Assembly: GCA_044220955.1 (NCBI GenBank)
Contig: JBGAQA010000004.1
Location: 1-64,000, forward strand
Length of the DNA stretch: 64,000 bases
Direction: 5' to 3'
Source: Sandaracinaceae bacterium
GTDB lineage: Bacteria; Myxococcota_A; Polyangia; Polyangiales; Sandaracinaceae
The stretch's first letter is position 1. Each line of letters begins with the position of its first letter. Made by a program: the position numbers and the translations under genes. Of the stretch, positions 49,264 to 59,353 are shown piece after piece. The notes beneath the pieces are model-generated. The model saw only the letters and a list, made by a program, of their open reading frames with translations, had not been told where the DNA came from and searched no databases.

Positions 49264-49683
49264 ATGACGTCCCGCCCGCTCGCTGCGCTTCTGTTCGTCG
49301 TCCTCGGGGCGATCGCCGTGCCCGGCTGCGGCCAGGGGGACGGGGGCGTCTGCCAGCTCAACAGCGACTGCGCGGCCGGCCTCGTCTGCACGTGCAAGCT
49401 CGGCGGCGGCGTCGAGGCGCGCGGTGTCTGCCGTGCGACGGAGACGACCATGTGCACCGTGACGAGCAACGACTCCGGCCCGCCGGTCGACGCCGACCGT
49501 CAGGACGGGGGCACGGACGCTTTCGTCGGCGCCGACGCCGCGAGCGACGCGGGCTCGGACGCGGGCGGCTCGGACGCGGGCTCGGACGCGGGCGGCTCGG
49601 ACGCGGCCTCGGCGGCCGACACCGGGACGGACGCTTCCACTTCCGCCGACACGGGCGCGGACGCCAACGCCGACGCCGGATGA
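49264..49683 (+). CDS. Lipoprotein with SDAG tandem repeats
   Basis: Lipobox VPGC; CQLNSDC; 27-bp tandem repeat near 49546-49605. Confidence 0.7.
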   Translation: MTSRPLAALLFVVLGAIAVPGCGQGDGGVCQLNSDCAAGLVCTCKLGGGVEARGVCRATETTMCTVTSNDSGPPVDADRQDGGTDAFVGADAASDAGSDAGGSDAGSDAGGSDAASAADTGTDASTSADTGADANADAG

Positions 49684-51560
49684 GCACCCACGATCGCATC
49701 GGCCGCGATCCGCTCATCGGCCGGACCATCGGCGGTCGCTATCGCCTCATCCAGCGCCTCGGAACCGGCGGGATGTCGAGCGTCTACCTCGCGCGCCACG
49801 TGCTGATCGATCGCCTCATGGCGATCAAGACGCTGCGCCGCGACCTCGCGAGCGACCCCGTGCAGCGCGACCGCTTCATCCGGGAGGCGCGCGCCGTCAA
49901 CCGCATCAACCACGCGAACATCGTCGAGATCACCGACTTCGGCGAGAGCGAAGACGGTCTGGTGTACCTGGTGATGGAGTACATCGCGGGCGAGTCGCTG
50001 CTCAAGGCGATGGGCGCCGGGCCCTTCGCGCCGCTGCGCGCCCTCGACATCGCCGAGCAGGCGGGCAGCGCGCTCGCGCGGGCCCATCAGATGGGCGTGA
50101 TCCACCGGGATCTCAAGCCGGAGAACATGATCCTGGTGGAGCTGCGCGACCGGAAGGACTTCCTCAAGATCCTCGACTTCGGGATCGCCAAGATCACCGA
50201 CGCGCCGTCGCTGACGGGCTCTCAGCAGATCTTCGGCACGCCGGGCTACATCGCGCCCGAGTACATCCAGTCGACGGCGATCGACGGGCGCGCGGACCTC
50301 TACTCGCTCGGTGTGATCCTCTACGAGCTCGTCACCGGCGCGCTGCCCTTCGACTACGAGTACCCCGGCGACCTGCTCGTGAAGCACGTGACGGAGACGC
50401 CCTTCAAGCCGAGCGCGCGCAAGGCCGACGTCCCGGCGCCCATGGAGGCGTTCATCCTCCGATGCCTTCAGAAGAACCCCGACGAGCGATTCCGGGACGC
50501 GTTCCACTTCCTCGACGAGCTCCGCGCGACGCGCGAGCTGCTCGGCCCGGCGCTCTCCTGGGGCGGGCTGAACGAGGCGGACGTCCCGGTCGAAGAGGAC
50601 GACGTACCCGTCCCGATCGGCACGCCACGCCGGCCCATGTCGGCCGAGGCGCGCACGCCGCGCGACGAGGCTCGGGGCCACGACAGCACGCCGACCACCG
50701 AGCAGCTCATCGACGTGCCCGACGAGGCGCGCCGCAGCGACACCACGCTGCCGCCGCCGCCGGACCCGGGCGAGTACCCGAGCGACGGCTCGAGCCGGCC
50801 CGTGACGGCGGAGTACGTTCGTCCGGCGATCCCCGTCGCGCCCAACGACGACCTCGAGGTCGAGATCGAGGTCGAGGAGCCCGCAGGACCGCTCGAGATC
50901 CAGGAGCAGGGCGTCTCCACGGGCCTCTCGGGGGCGCGTCGGTGGCGTGAGCGCTTCGTGGCGATCCGCGCCTGCGTCGAGGAGCTCTCGGGCGGCGCGA
51001 TGCCGCCCGACGAGATCGTGCGCGCGATGGCCCTCGCCGAGCGCTCGATCGAGCAGCTCGAGGAGTCGGTGCGCAGCGCCCGGATGCACCAGCAGGCGGT
51101 CGAGGCGCTCTCCGAGCGCGCGCGCGACTTCCGCGCGACGCTCGGCAAGACGATCGACGAGCTCGCCGCCGAGCTCAGCAAGCGGCGCGGGGAGCTCACG
51201 CTGCTCGCCCAGCGACGGAGCGATCTCGCCGAGCGGCGCGACGCCGCACGGCGCGGCGTGAAGCTCGGCGGCACCACCGAGGGGCAGGCCGACGCGCTGC
51301 TCTGGGAGCTCGCGGCCGTCGAGGAGGAGCTGCGTCAGAAGGGCGGTGCGTGCGACGAGGTCGAGGCGCACCTCGGCGAGCTCCGCGCGCGCCTCGAGCG
51401 CGAGAACGAAGAGCTCGAGATCGAGCTGAGCGTGCATACCCACGTGCTCGACCAGGAGATGGTGCGCCTCTGGCCGCTCGCGACCGCGCTCCGCGATCCC
51501 CTGCAGGAGGTCGAGGACTGGGTGCGCGCGCGATGGGAAGAGAGCCCGCCAGCCTCGTGA
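49680..51560 (+). CDS. Ser/Thr protein kinase with C-terminal coiled coil
   Basis: GTGGMS, AIK, HRDLKPEN, DFG, GTPGYIAPE; no TM segment seen. Confidence 0.92.
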   Translation: MSTHDRIGRDPLIGRTIGGRYRLIQRLGTGGMSSVYLARHVLIDRLMAIKTLRRDLASDPVQRDRFIREARAVNRINHANIVEITDFGESEDGLVYLVMEYIAGESLLKAMGAGPFAPLRALDIAEQAGSALARAHQMGVIHRDLKPENMILVELRDRKDFLKILDFGIAKITDAPSLTGSQQIFGTPGYIAPEYIQSTAIDGRADLYSLGVILYELVTGALPFDYEYPGDLLVKHVTETPFKPSARKADVPAPMEAFILRCLQKNPDERFRDAFHFLDELRATRELLGPALSWGGLNEADVPVEEDDVPVPIGTPRRPMSAEARTPRDEARGHDSTPTTEQLIDVPDEARRSDTTLPPPPDPGEYPSDGSSRPVTAEYVRPAIPVAPNDDLEVEIEVEEPAGPLEIQEQGVSTGLSGARRWRERFVAIRACVEELSGGAMPPDEIVRAMALAERSIEQLEESVRSARMHQQAVEALSERARDFRATLGKTIDELAAELSKRRGELTLLAQRRSDLAERRDAARRGVKLGGTTEGQADALLWELAAVEEELRQKGGACDEVEAHLGELRARLERENEELEIELSVHTHVLDQEMVRLWPLATALRDPLQEVEDWVRARWEESPPAS

Positions 51561-51584
51561 GGTCGAGCGGCGCGCTCGCCGCGG

Positions 51585-52865
51585 TCACCGCACGCTGGGC
51601 AGCATCGTCGGTGGGGCGACCGCCGCGGGCGCCGTCGTGAACTCGACGAAGCGCCGGATCTCGTCGGCGGCCTCCGGCCCCGGCGCGGCGAACTCGAACC
51701 CGATGGCCTGCCGGTGGCGCGCCTCGCGCTTCCAGCGCGCGACCGCGGACAGCGCGACCACGCGGCCGCTCACCGGCAGTCCCACGCGCAGCGTCACGCG
51801 CGCGCCCAGCTCGACGGGGTCGGCCAGCAGGGCCAGCAGCCCCCCCTCGCTGAGATCGGCGGTCTGCCCGTCGCGGACCGCGCCGTCGGCCGCCACCACG
51901 CGGATCGGCGCGACGTAGGGCGCGCGCGCGAAGTGGCGCCGCGGCCTGCCGGTCTCGACCGAGGGCGGGGGCGCCGCCTCGAGCACCCCGAGCGCTCCGC
52001 CGCGGATGCCGGTCGCCTCCACCAGCTCGCTCGCCATCTCCGTCGCGCTCGCGTGGCGGTCGGCCGGATCGCGCTGCAAGGCCCGCTTCATCCACCGGTC
52101 CAGCGCGTCGCAGGGACGCCCGACGGCGCTCGAGAGAGACGGGAGCGGCGATCCGGCGACGAGCGCGCGCACCAGCGCGCGCGTGCCGCCCGCGATCGGC
52201 AGCACGCCCATCAAGCACTCGTAGAACACGAGCGCGAGGGCGAACAGGTCGGCCCGGCTGTCCACGACGTCCGCGAGCAGCTGCTCGGGCGCCATGTAGT
52301 CGAGGGTCCCGATGCGGTCGCCCATGCGCGTCAGCTTCGCCGGGGCCTCGGCCGTCGAGACGAACGCGGCGACGCCGAAGTCGATCAGCTTCACCTGCTC
52401 GCGACCCGCGCGCGACCTGGTGACGAAGATGTTGGAGGGCTTGACGTCGCGATGGACCAGGCCGGCGCGGTGCACCGTCTCCAGCGCGTCGCAGACCTCG
52501 AGCGTGAGCGCCACGGTGCTCTCGAGCGGCAGCTTGGCCCGGGCGATGAGCACGGCGTCGAGCGCGCGACCGTCGAGCATCTCGAGCGCGACGTAGGGAA
52601 TCGCCCCGTCCGTGCCGGCGTCGAGCACGTCGACCACGTGCGGGCTCCGAGCGAGCTCCAGGGCGCGCGCCTCGCGCAGCAGGCGCTCGCCCAGCATGGG
52701 CGCCTCGACCAGGCTCTGATCGACGGTCTTCAGCGCGACGCGCCGGCCGAGGTGAACGTGCTCCGCCTCGAGGACGACGGCCATGCCTCCGCGCGCGATC
52801 TCGCGCCGGACGCGGAACCGATGATCGATCATCTCGCCAGGCTGGGGAACGCGGGGCTCAGGCAC
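51585..52865 (-). CDS. Ser/Thr protein kinase with C-terminal PilZ domain
   Basis: HRDVKPSN, DFG, YMAPE; PilZ motifs RHFAR (RxxxR) and DLSEGG (DxSxxG). Confidence 0.88.
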   Translation of the reverse strand: MPEPRVPQPGEMIDHRFRVRREIARGGMAVVLEAEHVHLGRRVALKTVDQSLVEAPMLGERLLREARALELARSPHVVDVLDAGTDGAIPYVALEMLDGRALDAVLIARAKLPLESTVALTLEVCDALETVHRAGLVHRDVKPSNIFVTRSRAGREQVKLIDFGVAAFVSTAEAPAKLTRMGDRIGTLDYMAPEQLLADVVDSRADLFALALVFYECLMGVLPIAGGTRALVRALVAGSPLPSLSSAVGRPCDALDRWMKRALQRDPADRHASATEMASELVEATGIRGGALGVLEAAPPPSVETGRPRRHFARAPYVAPIRVVAADGAVRDGQTADLSEGGLLALLADPVELGARVTLRVGLPVSGRVVALSAVARWKREARHRQAIGFEFAAPGPEAADEIRRFVEFTTAPAAVAPPTMLPSVR

Positions 52866-54024
52866 GGGTCACTCCTTGGGCTGGCGTTCCTTGTCGCACG
52901 TAGGGCCCGGGCTTGGCGATCAGATAGCCCTGGACGAGATCGGCGCCGAGGTCCCGCACGCACGCCAGCTCGCCCTCCGTCTCGATGCCCTCGGCCACGA
53001 CCAGCATACCGAGGTCGTGGGCGAGGGTGCAGGTCGATCCGACGACGCGCCTGCGCACCGGATCCGTGTCCACGCCGCGCGTCAGGGACATGTCGATCTT
53101 GACCACGTCGGGCGAGATCCGCGCGAAGTAGCTGAGCCCCGCGTACCCGGCCCCGAGATCGTCGATCGCGATCCGGTATCGCAGCTTGCGCAGCGCCTCG
53201 ATCCGCGACTCCACCTCGCCGACCCCCTCGAGCGACGCCCGCTCCGTGATCTCGAGCACCACGTTGGCGGCGTGCTCGCTGAGCGGCGCGGACGGGTCGT
53301 AGAGCTGCGGGTCCGCGAGGTCGCTCGAGTGGAGGTTCACGAAGAACGCGTGGTCGAAGGGCCGTGCCTCGCGCGCCAGGCCCGCGATCATCCCGCGGAG
53401 CTGGCGCCCGAGCGCGTGGAGCCGACCGAGCAGCTCGGCTGCGCCGAGGACGGCGGGCGGGTTGGGCAGGCTCGGCTCCGACGAGCGCATCAGCGCCTCG
53501 TACCCCGACACCCTGCGTGTCGTGACGGAGACGATGGGCTGGTAGACGAGCCGAAGGCTCGACGACGCGCGCTGGAACGCCGCGTCGAGCGCCTCCCGCT
53601 CGTCGCGGCTCGGCCCGGACGCCCGGGCGCGCGTGAGGCGCCCCCACTGCACGGCCTCGCCTACCACCTCGCGGACGCGCGCCGCGTCGACCGGCTTGGC
53701 GAGGTAGCGCACCACACCCAGCTCCATCGCGCGCATCGCGTCCTCGACCTTCGGAGCGCCCGTCAGGAGCACGACCGGCACGTCCGGGTGGGTCCGGCGC
53801 AGGACCGCGAGCATCTCGAGGCCCGTCATCTCCGGCATCGAGACGTCCGAGACGATCGCGTCGACGTCCTTCATCGTCTCGAGCGCGCGAATGGCCGCCC
53901 CCGGTGACGTGAACGTCTCGACGCGGTGCCCGTGCGTCGCGAGCACGTCGGAGAGGGTCCTGGCGACCATCGGGTCGTCGTCGATCACCACCACGCGTGC
54001 GTCACTGCTCGCTCGATCATCCAT
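52858..54024 (-). CDS. Response regulator REC-EAL c-di-GMP phosphodiesterase
   Basis: REC (IDDD, SDVSMP, KP); EAL motifs YEALMR, VN, EITE, DDLGAGY, KID, EGIE, QGY. Confidence 0.92.
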   Translation of the reverse strand: MDDRASSDARVVVIDDDPMVARTLSDVLATHGHRVETFTSPGAAIRALETMKDVDAIVSDVSMPEMTGLEMLAVLRRTHPDVPVVLLTGAPKVEDAMRAMELGVVRYLAKPVDAARVREVVGEAVQWGRLTRARASGPSRDEREALDAAFQRASSSLRLVYQPIVSVTTRRVSGYEALMRSSEPSLPNPPAVLGAAELLGRLHALGRQLRGMIAGLAREARPFDHAFFVNLHSSDLADPQLYDPSAPLSEHAANVVLEITERASLEGVGEVESRIEALRKLRYRIAIDDLGAGYAGLSYFARISPDVVKIDMSLTRGVDTDPVRRRVVGSTCTLAHDLGMLVVAEGIETEGELACVRDLGADLVQGYLIAKPGPYVRQGTPAQGVTRA

Positions 54025-56884
54025 GGTCGTTCCTCACTTCGTCGGGGCCATCGCCCTGGGGCGTCCACGCGCGGGACTGGATCAGAGCGCGGACGGCGCT
54101 CGCGTCGACCGGCTTCGGTAGCCGTGGGAATTGCGGGTCGATCCCGTCTCCGTCCCGGCTCGTGAGCAGCACCAGGCGGCTCGCGACCTCGGGTCGCCGC
54201 GCCAGCAGCCAGGGCCACCCGCCGCCCGTCCGCGAGTCACCCGCGCGCGCCTCGCAGAGCACGAGGTCGAAGCGCTCGCCGTCCTCGAGGCGTGCCCACG
54301 CCGACTCGGCCGCGTCGGTCACGACGACCTCGTGGTCGCCGCGCAGCGCTCTCGCGATGCCGTGCCTCACGAGTGGATCCCGATCCACGACCAGCAGGCG
54401 TCGTCGTCGAGCGCTCGGCGGGCTCGGGCTCGAGACCCGCGGCGGCTCGGCGCCGAGGGGTGCTCGCGCGAGCCACACGGTGAACGTCGTCCCCGCTCCG
54501 AGCGTCGACTCGCATTCGATCGTGCCGCCCGCGTCGGCGACGATGCGCTGGCTGATCGAGAGCCCGAGTCCCGTCCCCGTGCCCACCGGCTTCGTGGTGA
54601 AGAAGGGCGTGAACACGCGGCGCAGCGTGTCGGGGGTCATGCCAGGGCCGTCGTCGCAGATCGTGATCTGGGCCCCGCCGCTGCGGCCGGAGCTCGCCCG
54701 CACCCGGATCTCGCCGTGGCGTCCCGTCTCGGCGATCGCCTGCGCCGCGTTGACGATGAGGTTGACGAAGACCTGCACGAGCCGGCTCTCGGAGCCCATC
54801 GCGATCGGGACGTCCTCGATCGTGGTGTGCACCGTGGCGACCGCGCGCGTCGCCGCGTGCGAGATGCGCAGCGCCGCGTCGAGCGCGTGGCTCACGTCCA
54901 CCGGGACGATCTCGTCCCGGGGCGCCTCGCGTGAGAGCGTGCGGAGGTCGGCGACGATGGTGCGCACGCGTCGTGCGGCATCCAGCGCGGTGCGCAGGCG
55001 CCCGGCCCCCTTGCCGGTCTGCCCGATGTCCTCGAGCGCGAGCTCGATCTCGGCGACGACGGTGGTCATGGGGTTGTTGATCTCGTGCGCGATGCCGGCG
55101 GCGAGCACGCCGACGCTCGCGAGACGATCGTTGGTGATCTGCCTGACCTGTGCCTCGCGCTCCTGCGTCACGTCGCGGAGCACGGCCACGGCGCCCGCGA
55201 TCTCGCCCGCGTCGCCCTCCACGGGACGCGAGGTGACGGCGACCCAGCGCCGCTGGTTGCCCTCCGCGCGCGTGGAGATGACGCCGTCGGCGGGCTCGCC
55301 GCCGAGCGCTCTGGCCATGCTCAGATCTTGCCAGCCGCACGTCGTGACCTGACCGTCGAGACGGAGGTCGAGCCGCTCTGGCCACGCCGGTCCGGGGAGC
55401 TCCCCGATCTGCGCGACCAGCTCCCGCGCGGCCTCGTTCGCGCGGGTCAGCTTCGCGTTCCGGTCGAGCACGAGGATCGGATCCCCGATCGCATCGAGGA
55501 TCGACTCGAGCAGGTGCGCGCGCGCACGCTCGGTCTGCGAGACGTTCTCGAGCTGCTGGAACGTGCGCGCGAGCGCCAGCACGAGCGCGAGCTGCCCAGC
55601 CACGACCTCTGCGAAGTCGACGCGCTGGTCGTCGAGCGCCTCGGTGGCGTGCAGCACGATGGCGCCCAGCAGCTCGTCGCGGTGGACGACGGGCACCACG
55701 ACCGCCTCGCCCCCTTCGATGCCCACGCTGGCGCTGGTCACGCGGAGCGGAGTCCGCAGGTCCGCGCTGGCGGCCAGCTGCGCCATGAGCTGCTCGGCGG
55801 AGCTCTCCACGTCGGTGCGCGCCTCCCCGATGCTGCGGCGCACCCAGCGCGAGCCGCTCCGCACGACCACTCCGCCCCAGGCGATGCCGCCCAAGTCGAG
55901 ACACGCGTGCAGCGCGGTGTCGACGGCGCGCTCGACGTCGCCGGTCTCGGCCAGGACGCTCGTGAGACCTCCCAGCACCGCGAGCCGCGCCGAGAGCGCG
56001 GCGGTGCGCTGCGCGAGCACGGCGTTGCGCGAGAGCTGGCGATCGAGCTGGCGGGCCAAGCGCCCGGCGTGGTCGGGCGCGCCCTCGGCCGACGGCGGCG
56101 CGGGACGATTCGACCGGACCCTGCCGTTCGCGATGCGCCGGAGCTCGGGGATGGTCTCGTGGACGTCGTGCGCGCGCGCGAGGTAGGCATCCGCGCCGAC
56201 GCGCTGGGCCAGTGCGCAGTCCTCGGGCTCGAGGTCGCTGTTCGTGAGCAGCACGACCGGGATCGCGGCGAGGTCGGGGTCGGCCCGCACGCGGCTACAG
56301 AGCTCGAAGCCGTCGATGCCGGGCATCAGGACGTCGCTGACGATGAGGTGGGGGTGGTGCTCGCGCGCGGCGTGCAGCGCGGCGTGTCCGTCGGACGCGC
56401 TGATCACCTCGAAGCCGGCCTGGCCGAGGCGCAGCGCCCACAGGCGTCGCTGCGTGGCGTCGTCGTCGACCAAGAGCAGCCGAGTGCCGCGCCCGGCCGG
56501 GGGCGCGAAGCTCGCCGAGGTCGGCAGGTGCGCCTTCACGGAGTTGACGAGGCGGGGTGGGTCGATCGGCTTGGCGATCACGTCGTCGAACCCGGCCGTC
56601 GCGAGGCGCGTCTCGTCCGCGCCGGTCACCAGCCCGGTGAAGGCGAGGATCGGCACGCCGGGACCGACGCTCGCCCGCAGGGGAGCGAGCAGATCGAAGC
56701 CGTTCCCGTCGGGAAGGAGCAGGTCGAGCAAGACCAGGTCGGGACGCGCCGCCTGCGCCTCGGGGATGGCGTCCTTCGCCCGGGCGGCCTCGCTCACCGC
56801 GAGGCCCTCGGCCTCCAGCAGCGAGCGAACGAGGCGCCGGGTCCACGCGTGGTCGTCGATCAGCAGCACGCGCGCCCGGCTCAC
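54017..56884 (-). CDS. Cytoplasmic hybrid histidine kinase (REC-REC-GAF-like-PAS-HisKA-HATPase-degenerate REC)
   Basis: VLLIDD, LLLVDD, AHEINNP, NLIVNA, DDGPGM, FFTTK, GTGLGL. Confidence 0.88.
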   Translation of the reverse strand: MSRARVLLIDDHAWTRRLVRSLLEAEGLAVSEAARAKDAIPEAQAARPDLVLLDLLLPDGNGFDLLAPLRASVGPGVPILAFTGLVTGADETRLATAGFDDVIAKPIDPPRLVNSVKAHLPTSASFAPPAGRGTRLLLVDDDATQRRLWALRLGQAGFEVISASDGHAALHAAREHHPHLIVSDVLMPGIDGFELCSRVRADPDLAAIPVVLLTNSDLEPEDCALAQRVGADAYLARAHDVHETIPELRRIANGRVRSNRPAPPSAEGAPDHAGRLARQLDRQLSRNAVLAQRTAALSARLAVLGGLTSVLAETGDVERAVDTALHACLDLGGIAWGGVVVRSGSRWVRRSIGEARTDVESSAEQLMAQLAASADLRTPLRVTSASVGIEGGEAVVVPVVHRDELLGAIVLHATEALDDQRVDFAEVVAGQLALVLALARTFQQLENVSQTERARAHLLESILDAIGDPILVLDRNAKLTRANEAARELVAQIGELPGPAWPERLDLRLDGQVTTCGWQDLSMARALGGEPADGVISTRAEGNQRRWVAVTSRPVEGDAGEIAGAVAVLRDVTQEREAQVRQITNDRLASVGVLAAGIAHEINNPMTTVVAEIELALEDIGQTGKGAGRLRTALDAARRVRTIVADLRTLSREAPRDEIVPVDVSHALDAALRISHAATRAVATVHTTIEDVPIAMGSESRLVQVFVNLIVNAAQAIAETGRHGEIRVRASSGRSGGAQITICDDGPGMTPDTLRRVFTPFFTTKPVGTGTGLGLSISQRIVADAGGTIECESTLGAGTTFTVWLARAPLGAEPPRVSSPSPPSARRRRLLVVDRDPLVRHGIARALRGDHEVVVTDAAESAWARLEDGERFDLVLCEARAGDSRTGGGWPWLLARRPEVASRLVLLTSRDGDGIDPQFPRLPKPVDASAVRALIQSRAWTPQGDGPDEVRNDHG

Positions 56885-56895
56885 GCGCAGGGTCG

Positions 56896-56911
56896 AGCAT
56901 GGCCCGTGCCG
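56896..56911 (-). promoter_or_regulatory. Sigma54 (-24/-12) promoter of the leftward operon
   Basis: CGGCACGGGCCATGCT on the minus strand (GG-N10-GC); predicted TSS ~56885, at the GTG start. Confidence 0.65.
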
Positions 56912-56950
56912 CGCGGGACCGGTCGCCCACGACCCGAGCGGGCGCGGAGT

Positions 56951-56988
56951 TGGTCCATTTCGTCCACCCACCTGGCCGAAATGGACCA
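56951..56988. promoter_or_regulatory. Perfect inverted repeat, candidate enhancer/operator
   Basis: TGGTCCATTTCG-N14-CGAAATGGACCA, central in the divergent intergenic region. Confidence 0.65.
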
Positions 56989-57018
56989 CCTCGCGCTGGC
57001 CCGAATGACACCGTCGGC

Positions 57019-57035
57019 CGGCACGCCTCGTGTAA
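57019..57035 (+). promoter_or_regulatory. Possible sigma54 promoter of the rightward operon (GG-N10-GT variant)
   Basis: CGGCACGCCTCGTGTAA; good -24 box, GT instead of GC at -12. Confidence 0.4.
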
Positions 57036-57049
57036 CACTGGCACCTGCG

Positions 57050-59353
57050 ATGAGCGCTGCCGTCCCGCGCATCCTGGTGGGCATCGTGCTCGCCGCGGCC
57101 TTGCTCGTCGCCAGCGCGCTCGCCGCATCGCGGGCGTACGGGACGGCCTTCCCTTCGCTCTTCGTCGATCCGTTCGGTGGCTTCTCCGCGGTGACGCTTC
57201 CGGCCTGGGGCGACGGGCTCGACGTGGAGATCGGCGCGCCCGTCACTCCGTCGGAGGACGGGGCGGACGCGAGCTCGCTGCCGGCGGAGCGCCTCTCGGC
57301 GGCTGCGGCCGCAGCCGAGGCGCGGGGCGACACTTCGCTCCGCGTCGTGATCGGCGCGCCTCCTGCGGCCCGGCAGGTATCACTTCCTCTGCGCCGGCTG
57401 GGCGCCGCCGAGATCCTCTGGCTCTACGGGCTCTACGTGCTCGCCGGCCTGCTGCTCCTGTGGTCGGGGATGATGGTCGGGGTCGTCGCGGGCGAGCAGG
57501 CGGGGGGGCGCGCGTACGTCGCGCTCGCGCTCGTCGCGTTCGTCTTCCTGGTGACGTTCCTCGACTACCACACCACTCGTTGGCTCGCGCCGCTGTTCGC
57601 GGCCGCCACCGTCGGGAACTCGGTCGCGCTCTTCGGCCTCGCCTGGCACTTCCCCGAGGCACCCGCGGTCGGTCCGACGGCCCGCCGGATCGCCGCGCTG
57701 GCGCTCTGGATCGGCGTCGCCTTCTCGATCGCCCTCGCGCTCTGCGTCGCGCTCGGGATCGACTTCCGAGCCGGCCGACGGCTCGCGGACCTCCTCGCCC
57801 CGTGCGCGCTCTTCGCGCCCATCGTCGGCGTGCTGCTGCGGATGTATCGACGCGACGCGCAGGGCGCGCGCAAGCAGGTCAGGTCGGCGGCGCTGGCGCT
57901 GCTCGCCGTGCCCATCACGCTCGCCGTGGCGTTCGCCGTGCTCCTGTCGCTGGGACGGCTCGCGGTGTTTCCCGCGGCGCTGCCGTTCGTATCGTTCGCG
58001 GTCCCGGGGGCGATCGGCACCGCCCTCATCCGTCACAACGCGCTCGGCGTTCGTCGGGTGGTCACCCAGCGCCTGCTCTACCCGCCGATCGGCCTGATCG
58101 CGTGCACTCTCGCTGCCGCCTTCGCGCAGCCCTTGTGGGCTCCCGGGACCTGGGTCCAGTCGATCGCGGTCGGCGCTTCGGTCGGCGTCGCGTTCTCGCT
58201 GCTCGCCGTGACCTTCGTCGCCCGCGTGTTCGGGCGCGCCACCGCGACGTTCCAGCCCACCCTCGAGGGGCTCGCCGACGAGGTCGCGGCGCTGCGCAGG
58301 CCCGATGCCATCCGTGGGCGCCTGGCGGAGCTGGTCCACCGGTGCCTCCCCTCGCGCGACGTGCGCAGCGTGTCGGCGAGCGAGCTCGACTCGCTTCGCT
58401 TGACCGAGATCGATCGCCGAAGGCTCGCGGCCGGCCAGACCGTCTGGACGGATCCGGCACAGAGCGCGCCCGAGCCCTCGCTCGTCGCGCCGCTCCGGTT
58501 CGGTGGACAGGCGCTCGGCGCGCTGATCGTGTCGCCTCGCGCAGGGGACGGCTTGTTCACGGACGCCGAGATCCGCATGTTCCAGACGATGGTGAGCCTC
58601 GGCGCGCTCGCGCTCCACCACGCGGAGCTGCTGCGCGAGGTCGAGGAGCGGCGGGCGATCGAGGTGGCGGCGACGCGCGGCGACGGCCGACGCGCCGTCG
58701 ACGCCATCGCCGCCGAGATCGCGCACGAGCTCTCGTATCCCATCACCTTCTTCCGGCACACGCTCAACCAGGTGGCGGCCGGACGGCTGAGTCACGACAT
58801 CGTGGAGGTCGGCAAGGACGAGGTGGAGCGCCTCGAGCGCATGCTCGCCTGGGTCCGCAAGCTGCAGGTGCCGGTGCCGGAGGTGGGGCGGGTGCGCGTG
58901 CGCCTCGTGGTGGGTCACGCGCTCGTGCTGCTGCAGAGCGAGCTCGAAGCCCGGCACATCACCTGCGACGTGGACGTCCCCGCGGAGCTCGAGGTCGCGG
59001 CGGAGCAGGACGCCCTGCTCCAGCTGGTGGCGAATCTGCTCCGAAACGCCATCCGCGCGGCGCGATCCCGCGTCGGCGTCGCGATCCGGGACGAGCGAGG
59101 GCTGCCCGAGCTCGCGGTCTGGGACGACGGTCCGGGCGTCCCCGCGGATCTCGTCGAGCGGATCTTCGATCCGTCCTTCACCACGCAGAGCGACGTCGAG
59201 GGGCACGGGCTCGGCCTCGCGGTCGCCCAGCGCGTGGTCACGGGGTTCGGCTGGAGCATCGACGTGCGTCGCGAGGACCAACGAACGGTGTTCGCCGTCT
59301 CCATGAGGCAGCGCGGCGCGCGCGCCGACGTCCTCAAGCGGGTCGCGTCGTGA
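57050..59353 (+). CDS. Multi-TM membrane sensor histidine kinase (TM bundle, GAF-like, HisKA, HATPase)
   Basis: About nine hydrophobic segments; EIAHELSYP, NLLRNA, DDGPGV, GHGLGL. Confidence 0.88.
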   Translation: MSAAVPRILVGIVLAAALLVASALAASRAYGTAFPSLFVDPFGGFSAVTLPAWGDGLDVEIGAPVTPSEDGADASSLPAERLSAAAAAAEARGDTSLRVVIGAPPAARQVSLPLRRLGAAEILWLYGLYVLAGLLLLWSGMMVGVVAGEQAGGRAYVALALVAFVFLVTFLDYHTTRWLAPLFAAATVGNSVALFGLAWHFPEAPAVGPTARRIAALALWIGVAFSIALALCVALGIDFRAGRRLADLLAPCALFAPIVGVLLRMYRRDAQGARKQVRSAALALLAVPITLAVAFAVLLSLGRLAVFPAALPFVSFAVPGAIGTALIRHNALGVRRVVTQRLLYPPIGLIACTLAAAFAQPLWAPGTWVQSIAVGASVGVAFSLLAVTFVARVFGRATATFQPTLEGLADEVAALRRPDAIRGRLAELVHRCLPSRDVRSVSASELDSLRLTEIDRRRLAAGQTVWTDPAQSAPEPSLVAPLRFGGQALGALIVSPRAGDGLFTDAEIRMFQTMVSLGALALHHAELLREVEERRAIEVAATRGDGRRAVDAIAAEIAHELSYPITFFRHTLNQVAAGRLSHDIVEVGKDEVERLERMLAWVRKLQVPVPEVGRVRVRLVVGHALVLLQSELEARHITCDVDVPAELEVAAEQDALLQLVANLLRNAIRAARSRVGVAIRDERGLPELAVWDDGPGVPADLVERIFDPSFTTQSDVEGHGLGLAVAQRVVTGFGWSIDVRREDQRTVFAVSMRQRGARADVLKRVAS

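Noticed and set aside
49540..49610. Short tandem repeats here, at 4798-4848 and at 4368-4405
   Set aside because: In-frame low-complexity linkers (SDAG, DTGTPSE, PELDG) with no unique spacers.
47169..49679. Long N-terminal extension of the Ser/Thr kinase ORF
   Set aside because: Overlaps real genes on both strands; the kinase starts at 49680 with ATGA coupling.
55085..57049. N-terminal extension of the 1422-aa ORF
   Set aside because: Antisense to the hybrid kinase; the sensor kinase starts at 57050.
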